DNA of 64,000 nt. Source: Polyangiaceae bacterium (GTDB lineage: Bacteria > Myxococcota_A > Polyangia > Polyangiales > Polyangiaceae). Positions 1-10,183 of the stretch are shown piece by piece. The DNA lies in NCBI GenBank assembly GCA_050287085.1, contig JBNKBE010000026.1, positions 18,394 through 82,393 of the forward strand, in the 5' to 3' direction. The notes beneath the pieces were generated by a model. The model made no database searches. It had not been told where the DNA came from and saw only the letters and a list, made by a program, of their open reading frames with translations. The stretch's first letter is position 1; each line of letters opens with the position of its first letter. The position numbers were made by a program, and so were the translations under genes.

Positions 1-284
1 CTGTAACCAAAACACAACCAAACGATCGTCACTGTCGCCGTGAGCGCCAGACACTGCATCATCAGGGACAAGACGTTTTTGCGCGCAACGAGGCCCGCGT
101 AGAACAGGAACAACCCCGGCATGGTCATGAACAAGACCAGCGCGGTCGAGGTCATCACCCACGCCGTGTCGGCCCCGCTCAGCGCCGCAGAGGCGTCACG
201 AGGGATCAAGAAGAGGGCGAGTGCTGGCGCACCCCAAAGACCCAGTCTGCGAGCGGACCTGTTTTGAACGTTTCTCAATGACAT
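1..284 (-). CDS. amtB: Ammonium transporter, 5' part (runs off the left edge; absent from the ORF track)
   Basis: Manual translation from ATG at 284 gives MSLRN...ALSGADTAWVMTSTALVLFMTMPGLFLFYAGLVARKNVLSLMMQC...WLCFGY, the Amt N-terminal signature. Confidence 0.93.
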   Translation of the reverse strand, partial: MSLRNVQNRSARRLGLWGAPALALFLIPRDASAALSGADTAWVMTSTALVLFMTMPGLFLFYAGLVARKNVLSLMMQCLALTATVTIVWLCFGY

Positions 285-332
285 CACTCGGGTTTCCGAC
301 GGGCGACACATCAACGAAAAGAAGTTTCTCGT

Positions 333-357
333 ATGTTTCGAAACAGTTTCGAAACAT
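333..357. promoter_or_regulatory. Perfect inverted repeat upstream of amtB, candidate operator
   Basis: ATGTTTCGAAAC-A-GTTTCGAAACAT. Each half contains the palindrome GTTTCGAAAC. AT-rich, about 50 bp upstream of the amtB start. Confidence 0.55.
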
Positions 358-577
358 GTCCTTTGTCAACCATCTCACTCCCGCTGTAACTTTCGGCGCT
401 GCCACTCCCAGCTCAACCCCTCGAGAAGCCGCGCAAAGCGAAACCCAGCGGGATGAATCGTTCACGGCCGCGGCGGGTGGTAAGCCACCGTGCAGCCCGG
501 TGTCCGGCCCAGTGCCGAGCAAAGTCCCGACGCCAGCTGAACGGGCAACGTTTCGAGCAGCGCGAGCGCCCGCACCG

Positions 578-1885
578 TCATCGTTCCGAGGTCGGCTCGC
601 AGGAGCCCAACTGGCCGTTTCGTAGGGAGATAACTTGGTCGCAGAATCGACCGCGGACTTGCACCGCGTGCTCCTCCGGGCGCATCCGAAGGCTCACGTC
701 GGAATCGAGGCCCTCGATTGTAAACGTTCGGTTCAGATCTGCGTCATGAAGGGTCACGGTCAGGATGTTGGCCAGTTTCGCGCAGGCCGAGATGTCGAGC
801 TTCGCTTGCGGTGGGAAGGGCATCGTGTCCATTTCGGAAAGAACTAGGAGCGCTCCGACGCGAGAGGCCTCGCTGTGGGCGGCTTCGTCGCACGCGGTCC
901 CTTGGGTGCCGATCTGGGTGCGCGAGGCGTAGCCCACTTTCCCGCCTTTGAGCGGCCACAGCTGGTGAAAGGTTTGTCCGCGGGGTCCGTAGTCCGTGAA
1001 CAGACTCCACGCGCTGCCAATCTCGCAAGGGGTGCCGCTCCGCTCGCCGTTGGAAGCACGAGGTGAGGATTCGACCTTCTGGCAGAGCTGCGCGCGTGCC
1101 TCCTCTTCGGTTCCCGGCGGCAGGCCCCACTCCTGCTGTTGGTCTTGTACCACGGCGCGATATACAGAACGCCAGTCGAGGAATGAAATCGGTGGATCCG
1201 GCTGCACGGTGATCACGACAGGACACGCGTTGTGCGCTCGGGAGTTGTTAGCCGCGGCCGAATCTGACGCGGGCTCGGCTCTGAGTCTTTGCGCACGGTG
1301 TTTCGCGCGTTCGGCGAGCAGGGGTTGTCTCGTCATCTCGTAACCTCGCGCGAGATTGTGAACAATCTGGGCGCGCACGCGATCGGACGCGGCCAACGTT
1401 TCGGCGCTGCGTAAGAGGTGGGCCGCGTCGTCGCCCAGCTGCTGCAGGGCGTAGCCGAGCTCACCCCGCGCGGTGGCATCCTCAGGGTGGGTCGCCACAG
1501 CCTCTTCGAACGCAGAAGCCGCTGCTTTCCAGTCCCCCTTGGCCGCCTTTCTCCGCCCCTTCACCAATGCTGATTGGCTGCGCTGGGGGTCGCGAGTCAC
1601 GCCGAACGCTAGCGGCACCTTTTCGAAGGAGAGCTCGTTGGGTGTCGGTTGGTCTTTCGACGCGGCCAGGAGGGAAGGCTCTTCTTGCGGAGCCGCTGGC
1701 TTGGCCGCGTGGTAGCTTGCCGATTGTTGCGATGACGTTGGCTGGGACGAGCCGTTGGGCACAGGCGTTTCGCGAGCGTCGCAGCCAGTGAGAGCGACGA
1801 AAGTCGCCATGATGAGCCGAGCTCGAATACGGCTCGTGGAAAACGTACGCGTCGTCGCGCCAGGGCATCTCATCCAGTGCCGCAT
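578..1885 (-). CDS. TPR-containing lipoprotein (real start probably downstream of 1885)
   Basis: Lipobox ALTGC; TPR-like helices (AASAFEEAVATHPEDATARGELGYAL; IVHNLARGYE); Cys-containing C-terminal domain. Confidence 0.7.
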   Translation of the reverse strand: MRHWMRCPGATTRTFSTSRIRARLIMATFVALTGCDARETPVPNGSSQPTSSQQSASYHAAKPAAPQEEPSLLAASKDQPTPNELSFEKVPLAFGVTRDPQRSQSALVKGRRKAAKGDWKAAASAFEEAVATHPEDATARGELGYALQQLGDDAAHLLRSAETLAASDRVRAQIVHNLARGYEMTRQPLLAERAKHRAQRLRAEPASDSAAANNSRAHNACPVVITVQPDPPISFLDWRSVYRAVVQDQQQEWGLPPGTEEEARAQLCQKVESSPRASNGERSGTPCEIGSAWSLFTDYGPRGQTFHQLWPLKGGKVGYASRTQIGTQGTACDEAAHSEASRVGALLVLSEMDTMPFPPQAKLDISACAKLANILTVTLHDADLNRTFTIEGLDSDVSLRMRPEEHAVQVRGRFCDQVISLRNGQLGSCEPTSER

Positions 1886-1993
1886 AGCCGAGGAGGGGGA
1901 GGGGGCGAAAGTGGTGCCGGCACGGTCGCGCTCGGTCGGCCAAGCGGAGCTCGTCCTGGGCGGCGGGGGCGAGGGGGGCGCGACGGAGGCGCT

Positions 1994-4900
1994 CTACGGA
2001 CAACCTGGCAGACTCGGGGTGATCCCATCGGGGTTCAGACCGGTGACCGCGAGGCCATCATCGATAGCGTCTAGTACTTCGCCCGCAAGCTCACCGGCAG
2101 GTATGTTCCCGAGGATCGCGCCCGCTGCGGCACCGCAAGGGGGGTCGAGGAAGGGCTCGCTCCAATCCCCCGGATCGCCGCCCAACAGCGTGATCGTGGC
2201 TCGCGCGACGAGCTCGGCTTCGATCTCGGCGATGTGCGCCCACACGCCGATGAAGCCGCCCGCGCGCTGAACTTGATGTAAGACGACTTTGGTGCGCGCA
2301 AGCTCCGCTTCCACTTCTCCAATCGAGCCACCGGAGCCGTCCGATAAGATGCCGACGACACTACCCGTCGCGTCGTCGATGGCCCAAAAGGCGAAGGGCT
2401 CGCCGCTCTCACTGACGACGAGGGTGTACTCCGAACGAAAGGGTTCTGCCAGCAGTCCCCAGCGAGAGCGCTGAGTATCGTCCAGATCGGGCAGTTCACT
2501 TGTGACCGCACCGCTGCCGACCGCGACGAGGGACGCGTCTTCGAGCAGCGACAGGGTGCTTGTGGCGCGTCGTGCAGCTTCAGCGATGCCGAAGTACGCC
2601 GTACGCTCGAGGGTGAGACGCCACGCCTCCTCCGCGTCGGGGCTTGCGGTGCGATAGCGAGTGAGCGGGAATACATCAATGGCTTCGATGAAACCGTGGT
2701 CCCAGTGCGGACGTCGCGTGAACGCCGTGATCCGCGGACCGGTCTCGAAGGTGAGCGGCGTTTCGACGGCTTCCTCCGTGAGCGGTGTGTTCATCAGCAA
2801 CAAGTCCGGCGGCGTTAGGAACGCGCCCTTGGCAGCGATGGATGCGGTCAGCAGCTCGTCCCCGTCGAGCGCGGCATCGTAGACTGCCTCGTAGCGCAGC
2901 TTCTCGTGCAGATAGTCGGCAATGCGCGTGGACAGACCGGGGGCCGCCCCCTCCACCGAGAAGACGACTCGACCAAACAGCATCTCGTCTACCTCGGCGA
3001 GCATTTCCGGAGTGGGTTCGACGTAGGCAGTTGTGTAGCCGCGATTTAGGCCGGCGAGGGTCCGCGTGGCAACGCGACCGTCGAGTTCGACGGTCAGGTA
3101 GAGACCGCTGAGCTGCGGAACGGCCGCAGGCGCCTCCACGACTTCGTAGCTGCCGGTGGTCGACACGCGTCCGCCGTCCAGCGATATCTCGACTTCACGG
3201 AGCTGTTCACCCTCCAGCGGGGCCGTGTAGCTCAGAATGTAGTCTTGAGCCGAGCGGATGCGGATGTACTCGAAGGCGCTGTCGATGGCTTCTGTCTGGT
3301 CCTCGAGGGTCACGGCATCGCCCCCGGAGAGTTGTGCGAAGGCGTCTAGAGTATCTTCTATGACGGGACCGACGCCGATGGCGTAAACCGGAGCCCCGCC
3401 TGCGATGCCGGCTCGGTACTTCGCTTCTTCCTCGTCCGTCGAGTCTCCATCGGTGACCAGCACAATGACCGTCGGACCCTCGGCGTTGGCGTCACTTAGG
3501 GCCTGCCACAGTTCGGAGCCATAGGCCTGAGTCTCCACCCAACCGACCTGGACGCTGGCGTCGGCGTGATCCAGGGCCCACTGTTCTTCGGCGAACTCGA
3601 CGCCGAAGTTGACGACCCCCACACGGACCTGAGCGTTTGGAAACTCCTCATACAGGCGGTCCACAATTTCATTGCCCAGGGTGACCGCGCCCGCGCCGCG
3701 GAAGTCTTCCGGCAAACTCGTTGACGTATCGAATAGGAGCATCACCCGCGGGGGAGGGGCGGAGTTTTGCCGGACCGAGAACGCCATCGCCTCTCCGTCC
3801 TCGGACAAGCTGAACGCATCGGCTCCCAACCCGGTGACTCGCTGAGCATCCTCATCCCGGACGGAGACGCGAACGCTGACGCGCGGAAACCCGCTGGCGC
3901 TGATCGCCGACGTCGCACTGTCGATGCGCTCCAGGTCCTCGGCGGACGTGCTGCCGCCCCCGAGCGGGCTCTCGCCGTTGACCAATACCGCCCCGTCGGA
4001 CACCTCGAAGCGGTCGCCGCCCCGAGAGAACGCCGTGCCGACGAAGTGCATCGCTTCCCGCTCCTTGTCGGTCAAGTCCGGGGCGTGTACCGCCAACGTG
4101 GGGACGAACACTTCGACGTCCCCCGGGTGCATGGTGAGTTGTTGCGCGAAGGGCGCAGCTGGTGAGAAGGCGAGTTGGACGCGGCGCCCTGCCACTTCAT
4201 CGGCGAAGAACTCGTGCTCGATGATCGGAAAGCGCTCGAAGGGCGCGTCCGAGCGAGCACCCTCCACGGCAATTCGGATGCGTTGGGTTGGCCCGGCTTC
4301 GGCCGCATCCCTGGGCTTGGAAGCCAGCAGACTCTCACCGAACTCCGCGCTGGCCACCAACGGGTTGGCGTAGGTGGTCTCCCCATCCACCACCACTTCC
4401 ACGATCGGGATCTGCTCCAGCGCAGCATCGAACGCGACGCTGCGCTCCGGCGACGCTAGCTCAGCTAGCGTTTCAGCCAGTGCCCGCGTCTGCGACCGGT
4501 CTTCGTCGACGATGCCGGCCTCGGTATGACCTCGCAAGCCGAGTACCTCATCATACCTCTCGAGTTGACGCTCATCGAGGCCGAGCTCGAAGGGTTGTGG
4601 CTGGGCGCGCACGAGGATGTCCTCAGCGCTGAGCCCTTCTGCCGCGGGTCCCCGCACGACTTTGGCTTCGAAGCCCGCAGCGGCGTAGAGCTCGGCGAGC
4701 AGCTCGGCTTTTTCTCGGGGCGTTCCAGCGCCGCCGCGAAGCGTGGCGCGCGTGCCCCAACGCATTCGCGATTCGCTGTCGAACATGTCGTTCGTGCTGG
4801 GGGGATAGGTGGTGATGTTGTCCCGTACGAATTCGAAAATCTTCTCCGGATCGCCCTCTTCCACCAGCCGTGCCGCCTGGGCAGGGAGGTTATCCGGGCT

Positions 4901-5146
4901 CTGCTCCAGCGCTCGGGCTGCAGATTCCCAGATGCGCCAAGGTGTTAATCGGACGCCGGTTCCAGCGTCGGGCTCTCCAGCGTCGGGCTCTCCAGCGTCG
5001 GGCTCGGTGCTCGCGTCGGGCTTTGGCTGTTCGGTCTTTGCGTCCGCGTCCGAGCAGCCGTTACACGTCGTTTTGCCCTCGTCCTGACAACTGCACCCGA
5101 AGGTGAAGCTGCCCAGGAGAATCCCCACCACAACCGCCCTGCGCAT
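1994..5146 (-). CDS. Large lipoprotein with a transglutaminase-like N-domain and a vWA domain
   Basis: Start MRRAVVVGILLGSFTFGC; EPDAG repeats; IFEFVRDNI...RWGTRATLRGGAGTPREKAELLA (TGase-like, no catalytic Cys); vWA MIDAS motifs LLFDTSTS and VLVTDG. Confidence 0.75.
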   Translation of the reverse strand: MRRAVVVGILLGSFTFGCSCQDEGKTTCNGCSDADAKTEQPKPDASTEPDAGEPDAGEPDAGTGVRLTPWRIWESAARALEQSPDNLPAQAARLVEEGDPEKIFEFVRDNITTYPPSTNDMFDSESRMRWGTRATLRGGAGTPREKAELLAELYAAAGFEAKVVRGPAAEGLSAEDILVRAQPQPFELGLDERQLERYDEVLGLRGHTEAGIVDEDRSQTRALAETLAELASPERSVAFDAALEQIPIVEVVVDGETTYANPLVASAEFGESLLASKPRDAAEAGPTQRIRIAVEGARSDAPFERFPIIEHEFFADEVAGRRVQLAFSPAAPFAQQLTMHPGDVEVFVPTLAVHAPDLTDKEREAMHFVGTAFSRGGDRFEVSDGAVLVNGESPLGGGSTSAEDLERIDSATSAISASGFPRVSVRVSVRDEDAQRVTGLGADAFSLSEDGEAMAFSVRQNSAPPPRVMLLFDTSTSLPEDFRGAGAVTLGNEIVDRLYEEFPNAQVRVGVVNFGVEFAEEQWALDHADASVQVGWVETQAYGSELWQALSDANAEGPTVIVLVTDGDSTDEEEAKYRAGIAGGAPVYAIGVGPVIEDTLDAFAQLSGGDAVTLEDQTEAIDSAFEYIRIRSAQDYILSYTAPLEGEQLREVEISLDGGRVSTTGSYEVVEAPAAVPQLSGLYLTVELDGRVATRTLAGLNRGYTTAYVEPTPEMLAEVDEMLFGRVVFSVEGAAPGLSTRIADYLHEKLRYEAVYDAALDGDELLTASIAAKGAFLTPPDLLLMNTPLTEEAVETPLTFETGPRITAFTRRPHWDHGFIEAIDVFPLTRYRTASPDAEEAWRLTLERTAYFGIAEAARRATSTLSLLEDASLVAVGSGAVTSELPDLDDTQRSRWGLLAEPFRSEYTLVVSESGEPFAFWAIDDATGSVVGILSDGSGGSIGEVEAELARTKVVLHQVQRAGGFIGVWAHIAEIEAELVARATITLLGGDPGDWSEPFLDPPCGAAAGAILGNIPAGELAGEVLDAIDDGLAVTGLNPDGITPSLPGCP

Positions 5147-5369
5147 GGCTCTGAGCTTGCCAGAACTCAATTCCCGCAGCAAGGCACAGCTACAACTCAA
5201 GCTCAACATGCGTAGTAGTCGTTGGCCCCAAGTGCACGATGTGCCGCGACAAGCTGAAGCGCCTTACCAATCCGACGAAGGGCAAGATGGCCTTGCGTGC
5301 TGAGGCTTGAGTCGCCTGCTACTCGATAGTCCGGTTGACGCGGTCGGTTTCCCGTGGTCTCATGGGGTC

Positions 5370-7016
5370 ATGTCGACGTGTTCGAAGCGGGGGGCTTCGC
5401 TTCTACTTTCACTGGCTGTCCTCATCGCCTGCGAGACGGGTGTTCCGGCGGTCGTCGGACGCAAGACCGAGGCGATCACGTGTGCAGAATCGGACGGACT
5501 GGTGTCCACGGCCGAGTGCGATGACAACATGGACGGCTGCTGTGACTCCCTCGAGTTGCTCGAAGCGGTGCCTCTCTGTGGCGGCACCAACGATACGATA
5601 GGTGTGGAGGATGACCTGACGCTGTGCGGGTGGGACACCTATTACCGACCTTTCGAGATCAAGGATACGGGCGGCACGTCGACCGACCCGCTGGTGCTCG
5701 ACTGCCAAGGGGCCCAGGTCGTCGGAGGCTCGAGCCGCCTCGCGAGCACCAATGGCATCTGGGTCCACGCCGAGAGCCAAACGGCGTCGGTCGACAACGT
5801 CGAGATTCAGAACTGTGTGGTCACCCAATGGCGAACGGGCATCCGGGTCGCCCAGCGTCGCCCTGCCTACTCGGGCGGCGCGTCACCGGAACACGTCGTT
5901 GCTACTGACGAACGGACGGTCACCCTGTTCGATCATCGCGACCTCCCGCTGCCTCGTGTTCCCGCTGCCGTGAATCTCACGAACAACACCCTCCACCGCA
6001 ACGCCACGGGGCTCGACTACATGGGGCGCGCGTCCCACATCTCAGGGCTTCGCGTCTACCGGAATCGGGCCCATGGTGTGCACATCGAGGCGCACACCCG
6101 GGATGTCGTGTTCGAGCCCAACGGGTCGTTCACCCTTCACATTTACGAGAACGGGCACCCCGACGTCCCATCCTGCCCGTTGAATCCCAGCCAGGAGGAC
6201 TTCTGCGACGACCTCGATGCCGTCTACCGTCAGTACTTCTCTGGCGTCGCGATCGACTCGGGTCACAACATCACCTTCCGAGACGGCATCGTCCGTGACA
6301 ACGGTCGTCACGGGTTCGAGATCTATCGCAATTGCGGCGAGAACGTGCTCGACGGGAAGATGTTCCACCGCCGATCGCTCATCGATCGAAACATCGACAT
6401 CACGAATATGGCGATCCACGGTCACCTGAACGACTGGACGATGAGTGGGTTTACGCCGAGCTGGCAGAACGTCGTCTCCGCTGGCGTAGCAATTGCTTCA
6501 CGACAAGGCTTGTCGCTGGATACGCAGAACGGATGCTCCGATATCGCGAGCTATGTGTATCGAGACCGGGGCGAGCCGTGGAAGGCGATCAACAAGGACA
6601 ACATCTTGCAGTTCCGCCACTGGGACTACGCGCAGGGGGTAACGGTCTCTGGAGGCACCATCAACGACAATGTGATCGGCGTGCACGTAGCCGACTCCAA
6701 CGCTCGGCTCCTGAACGGCGGTGCCGGCCCCATCGATCTCCACGACAACGCCATCGACGTTTTCGTGGGGAACTTCGAGCGCGAGTTTTCCGGCAATCTG
6801 ATCCTCGACGGCGGCGACAACCCGGTGACCCCTCCTCCGGTCAAGGGCGTAGAGCTATCCGGCGTGGCGTCGGCCGCGAACGTGACGTGCACCTATGGTA
6901 CTGCCAACCATCCGGATGGAGTGCGGCTGCGCTCGTGCGACCACACCGCTCACTGCTACGAGGCGGCCGTTGGCTACTTCTCCTGGTGGCCCTACCTGGA
7001 GTGTAGGTTCCGCTAG
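5370..7016 (+). CDS. Secreted/lipoprotein right-handed parallel beta-helix (pectin-lyase-fold) protein
   Basis: Signal ending VLIAC; beta-helix repeats (LVLDCQGA, NVEIQNCVV, NITFRDGIVRDNGRHGF, GVTVSGGTINDNVIGV); many Cys. Confidence 0.7.
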   Translation: MSTCSKRGASLLLSLAVLIACETGVPAVVGRKTEAITCAESDGLVSTAECDDNMDGCCDSLELLEAVPLCGGTNDTIGVEDDLTLCGWDTYYRPFEIKDTGGTSTDPLVLDCQGAQVVGGSSRLASTNGIWVHAESQTASVDNVEIQNCVVTQWRTGIRVAQRRPAYSGGASPEHVVATDERTVTLFDHRDLPLPRVPAAVNLTNNTLHRNATGLDYMGRASHISGLRVYRNRAHGVHIEAHTRDVVFEPNGSFTLHIYENGHPDVPSCPLNPSQEDFCDDLDAVYRQYFSGVAIDSGHNITFRDGIVRDNGRHGFEIYRNCGENVLDGKMFHRRSLIDRNIDITNMAIHGHLNDWTMSGFTPSWQNVVSAGVAIASRQGLSLDTQNGCSDIASYVYRDRGEPWKAINKDNILQFRHWDYAQGVTVSGGTINDNVIGVHVADSNARLLNGGAGPIDLHDNAIDVFVGNFEREFSGNLILDGGDNPVTPPPVKGVELSGVASAANVTCTYGTANHPDGVRLRSCDHTAHCYEAAVGYFSWWPYLECRFR

Positions 7017-7108
7017 GAGGTACCGGAGAGCCGCGGCTGGGCCGCTTCGAGCTCCTAGCTCAACGTCGGGGCTCGGACGCAGCGTCGCTACTCAAGCGGC
7101 AATCCGCG

Positions 7109-7609
7109 TTACCGCTCCGGGTGGCAGAGCTCAGCGTAGGCGTCGGGAAAACGCCGGTTGAGAGGGCCTTCCGGGTGCCGCAGAGCTTGCACTGCTTTCT
7201 GAATGACCTCTGCGTGATCGAACGCCAAGGGTGGCAAGGTTGATAGCAAATGCCACCGGACCGCGGTGGCGTCATCAGCCGCCACCGGCTGCGCCGCGGC
7301 CTGCTCCACGACGCCATAGCAGGCCACGCTCACGGTACGCCCGCGTGGGTCACGCCCCTTGCGGGAAAACGTGTGCAACTGCTCGAGCGAGACGCCTCTC
7401 AGCCCCGTCTCCTCTTGTAGCTCGCGTACTGCAGCGTGCTCCACACTTTCATCCTCCATGTCAAAAAAGCCTCCAGGAAGCGCCCAACATCCCGCAAAGG
7501 GCTCACGGAGCCGCTGGATCAGCAACACGGACAGCTCCACCCCCGCTACGCCAATGACGACAGCGTCCGCCGTCAGCGCCGCGCGCGGATACTCGTACAC
7601 GTAGCTCAT
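7109..7609 (-). CDS. NUDIX hydrolase (ADP-ribose pyrophosphatase-like)
   Basis: YPRAALTAD, WALPGGF, Nudix box AAVRELQEETGL, RDPRGR and LAFDH; last gene of the nadV operon. Confidence 0.92.
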   Translation of the reverse strand: MSYVYEYPRAALTADAVVIGVAGVELSVLLIQRLREPFAGCWALPGGFFDMEDESVEHAAVRELQEETGLRGVSLEQLHTFSRKGRDPRGRTVSVACYGVVEQAAAQPVAADDATAVRWHLLSTLPPLAFDHAEVIQKAVQALRHPEGPLNRRFPDAYAELCHPER

Positions 7610-8727
7610 GCCTGCTTCGCCGCTCTGAGCTCAGCAGAGCTCACGTCCAGGCGCCCTTCCAGCGGTTGGAATAGGGCCTGGTAGGGCCAGGGCACGGCGA
7701 CATCCCGGCATCCCAACACCTCACCCTCCACGTTTCTTTCCATCACCCAGAAGTGAACATCCAGATTTCTCATTTCAGTCAGCATGTCGGTCACGTCGAG
7801 GCCCCAGGCGGGGTCCAACATGCGCCGCATTGTGTCTGCACCGATCAAGAAGACCGAGCCAGGGCGCTTGCGCGCCTTGTCGAGGAAAAGCGGTTCGTCG
7901 CGCGTGAACTCGACCACGCGCGACTCATCGCGCCAGCGCTCCGCGCGCAGCATTCCAGCCTTCACCAGCATTTCTTGGACGCTCATTCGCCCCTTGTGCG
8001 GCGAGCTGGATGATACCAGGTAGCGGGCGAATCGAATGGGGCCTGGTGCCCAGTGCATGCGCGCTTCAGCGGCACGGCACATCAAGCGGTGACCATCGTG
8101 AATGGGGTTGAGCGTTGCGGGCAGGTAGACCCCGGCGTTCTGCGGCTGGGCAGGGTACCTTCGCCCATTCGTGTCAAAAACCGGGTAGCGATAGAATCGT
8201 TCCAGTGCCAATTCCTCGCATGCGGCGGAGCTAGCAGTCTTGGCCAGGACCACGGCCTGCAGCTCCTTCAACACCCGATCCCTCAAGAACACGTCGTGAG
8301 CCACACGCGCTGCCGCACCGACGCCACGCTCCAGCTCCACGTTGAAGCAGTGAATGCAGCTTTTGGTGATCAGCGCTACGTGCGCCCGGTGCTCACCCCT
8401 AGGAAGCCGCTCCGACGCCACAGAAGCTGTCACTCCGACGCCGATGGGGTTGGGGCTGACGCCCTCCATGACGGCGTGCTCCCCTGCGCGCAGATAGGAC
8501 GCCATGGCCAGGTCCAGCGCGACCTCGGGCGCACAGTAGGAAGCCTCTGGAGGATGCCCCAAGAACCCTTGAAGCTGTGATCTAGCATAGGGCGTGAAGA
8601 ACCCGACCAGGTATTGCGATGCCCCGGGGACATCCCACAGCTGAGTCTGCATGCGCAGACCCGCTCCCGTTGTGGAAACGTGAAGTTGGACCTGCTGTTG
8701 CACCAGGGCTTTGTGAAGGTCACTCAC
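7606..8727 (-). CDS. CinA/PncC-like domain fused to an HxGH nucleotidyltransferase (putative NMN adenylyltransferase)
   Basis: N-half TGAG...VPGASQY...PY...VALDLA (CinA-C-like). C-half YLPATLNPIHDGH, FLIGADT and DVSSAELR (NadD-like). GTG start 1 nt after the nadV stop. Confidence 0.75.
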   Translation of the reverse strand: MSDLHKALVQQQVQLHVSTTGAGLRMQTQLWDVPGASQYLVGFFTPYARSQLQGFLGHPPEASYCAPEVALDLAMASYLRAGEHAVMEGVSPNPIGVGVTASVASERLPRGEHRAHVALITKSCIHCFNVELERGVGAAARVAHDVFLRDRVLKELQAVVLAKTASSAACEELALERFYRYPVFDTNGRRYPAQPQNAGVYLPATLNPIHDGHRLMCRAAEARMHWAPGPIRFARYLVSSSSPHKGRMSVQEMLVKAGMLRAERWRDESRVVEFTRDEPLFLDKARKRPGSVFLIGADTMRRMLDPAWGLDVTDMLTEMRNLDVHFWVMERNVEGEVLGCRDVAVPWPYQALFQPLEGRLDVSSAELRAAKQA

Positions 8728-8728
8728 G

Positions 8729-10162
8729 CTACACCTCCATCCGGCGCCGGCATTCGTCCAGCGTGGTGCTCGTGAGTATTTCACCGTTATCAAAAACGGT
8801 CCGCATGACCGTGTCGGGGTGCGCGTCCAGTTCGGGTCGTAGCGCGACGGTTTCGAAGCCAGTCTTCGTTCGGACTAGATCCAAGCGGCCCGACTTGCTG
8901 CGCTTGCCCCGATCCGTAACGGGATCTTTGCGAACGTCCACAGGTGCGCCATCCACCTCCGCGAAGCAGCACTTGAAGGCCCATTTCTGGGTGTCGCGGT
9001 TGACCTTCTGCAGCAAGCCACCACCGGAACCAAACGCTATGTTGGAAGCCGACCATCCCAGGCCCACCAATTTGACGAGGATCTGTTCCATGGAACGCAT
9101 GTCGATGCCATCCCCTTGAATCAAGCGTAGGTACGGAGGCAGCAACTTGTACCCCTTGGTGTTCTTTACGACCTCGTCGGCCAAGTTGCCCTCGAGGATC
9201 TGGAACAGACGCGGCAGAACCTCCAATGGGTCTCCCGAATCAGGACGAATGACCAACGTGCCCCCGCTCTCTTGGACCTTGCGCTTGAGCGTGCCAGTAG
9301 ACCAGGCGTTGGTCGCGGCAAAGATGTCGTACGTGTCCGAAACACACGCGGCGAGTTTGGGCACTCCCGGGGGCGTCTGCCTGTTGGTCAAGTAGGTTTC
9401 GACGTAGCGCTCGAACATCTCGTACTCACGCTCACGACCCCACATAGATACGGTGGAGTGCTCCGTTGCCGGGATGGAGAAGCCGGCCATGGGACAAGCG
9501 TAGTAGTGATTCGCCATACGGATGCCCTCTAGCGTGTCGGACCCCATGAACGAAAGCAGGTGCGCCGCGCCCCCCAAGCGAGCTTGTTCCAATGTCGCCA
9601 CCCCGCGACCACCAAAGTCGTGCAGCTTGAACGCGATTTCCGCCGCTGGGTCGTCCGCGCTGAGCTCCAAGTAGCGCTTGAGAATCTTCTTCGACTCCCG
9701 GCTCGTAGTGGCGATGGTGGACGGGTACCACAACCGCACCAGCATCGTCTCCAGCCAAGAGGCGATCCAGAAGCACCGTGGATCGGCACATTCGATGGTC
9801 AAGAGGGCGTTGCCCGTCGGCACGACTGTGCCCTCCTCAATAGCGCGAACACGAACCGGAAGGCGCCCTCTGTACTGCTCTACTATGTAGCGCCAGCCCG
9901 CCTCGTTGAAGGGCTCCCCGTGCACCTCCGCAAACGCCATGGCCTCACCGAGCGCGGCGGCGGTCAGGGGGCGGGCGACGTACTTGTGCAGGAGGTACTG
10001 CAGCCCGAACAAGGTGCAGTCCGCGAATTCGCCGCCGCGCGCCTCGAGGTAGGACATCATGCGGCCGGTGCCCGTTGGGTACTGATTCCAGTGGCTCCAC
10101 TTGTAGGAATCCCCGTCGGTGGCGAGATTGTAGGTCATGTCAGCGATGCGTTCTATTGCCAT
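8729..10162 (-). CDS. nadV: Nicotinamide phosphoribosyltransferase
   Basis: DSYKWSH..QYP, LWYPSTIAT, LHDFGGRG, SIPATEHS, VSDTYD, VIRPDSGDP, LIQGDG, FGSGGGLLQKVNRDT. Confidence 0.95.
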   Translation of the reverse strand: MAIERIADMTYNLATDGDSYKWSHWNQYPTGTGRMMSYLEARGGEFADCTLFGLQYLLHKYVARPLTAAALGEAMAFAEVHGEPFNEAGWRYIVEQYRGRLPVRVRAIEEGTVVPTGNALLTIECADPRCFWIASWLETMLVRLWYPSTIATTSRESKKILKRYLELSADDPAAEIAFKLHDFGGRGVATLEQARLGGAAHLLSFMGSDTLEGIRMANHYYACPMAGFSIPATEHSTVSMWGREREYEMFERYVETYLTNRQTPPGVPKLAACVSDTYDIFAATNAWSTGTLKRKVQESGGTLVIRPDSGDPLEVLPRLFQILEGNLADEVVKNTKGYKLLPPYLRLIQGDGIDMRSMEQILVKLVGLGWSASNIAFGSGGGLLQKVNRDTQKWAFKCCFAEVDGAPVDVRKDPVTDRGKRSKSGRLDLVRTKTGFETVALRPELDAHPDTVMRTVFDNGEILTSTTLDECRRRMEV

Positions 10163-10183
10163 AAGGTCTCCGTCGTTCGGAAC

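Noticed and set aside
7109..10162. Phage-type NAD reconstitution (anti-defence) module
   Set aside because: There is no phage context. The divergent NrtR with operators indicates ordinary host salvage.
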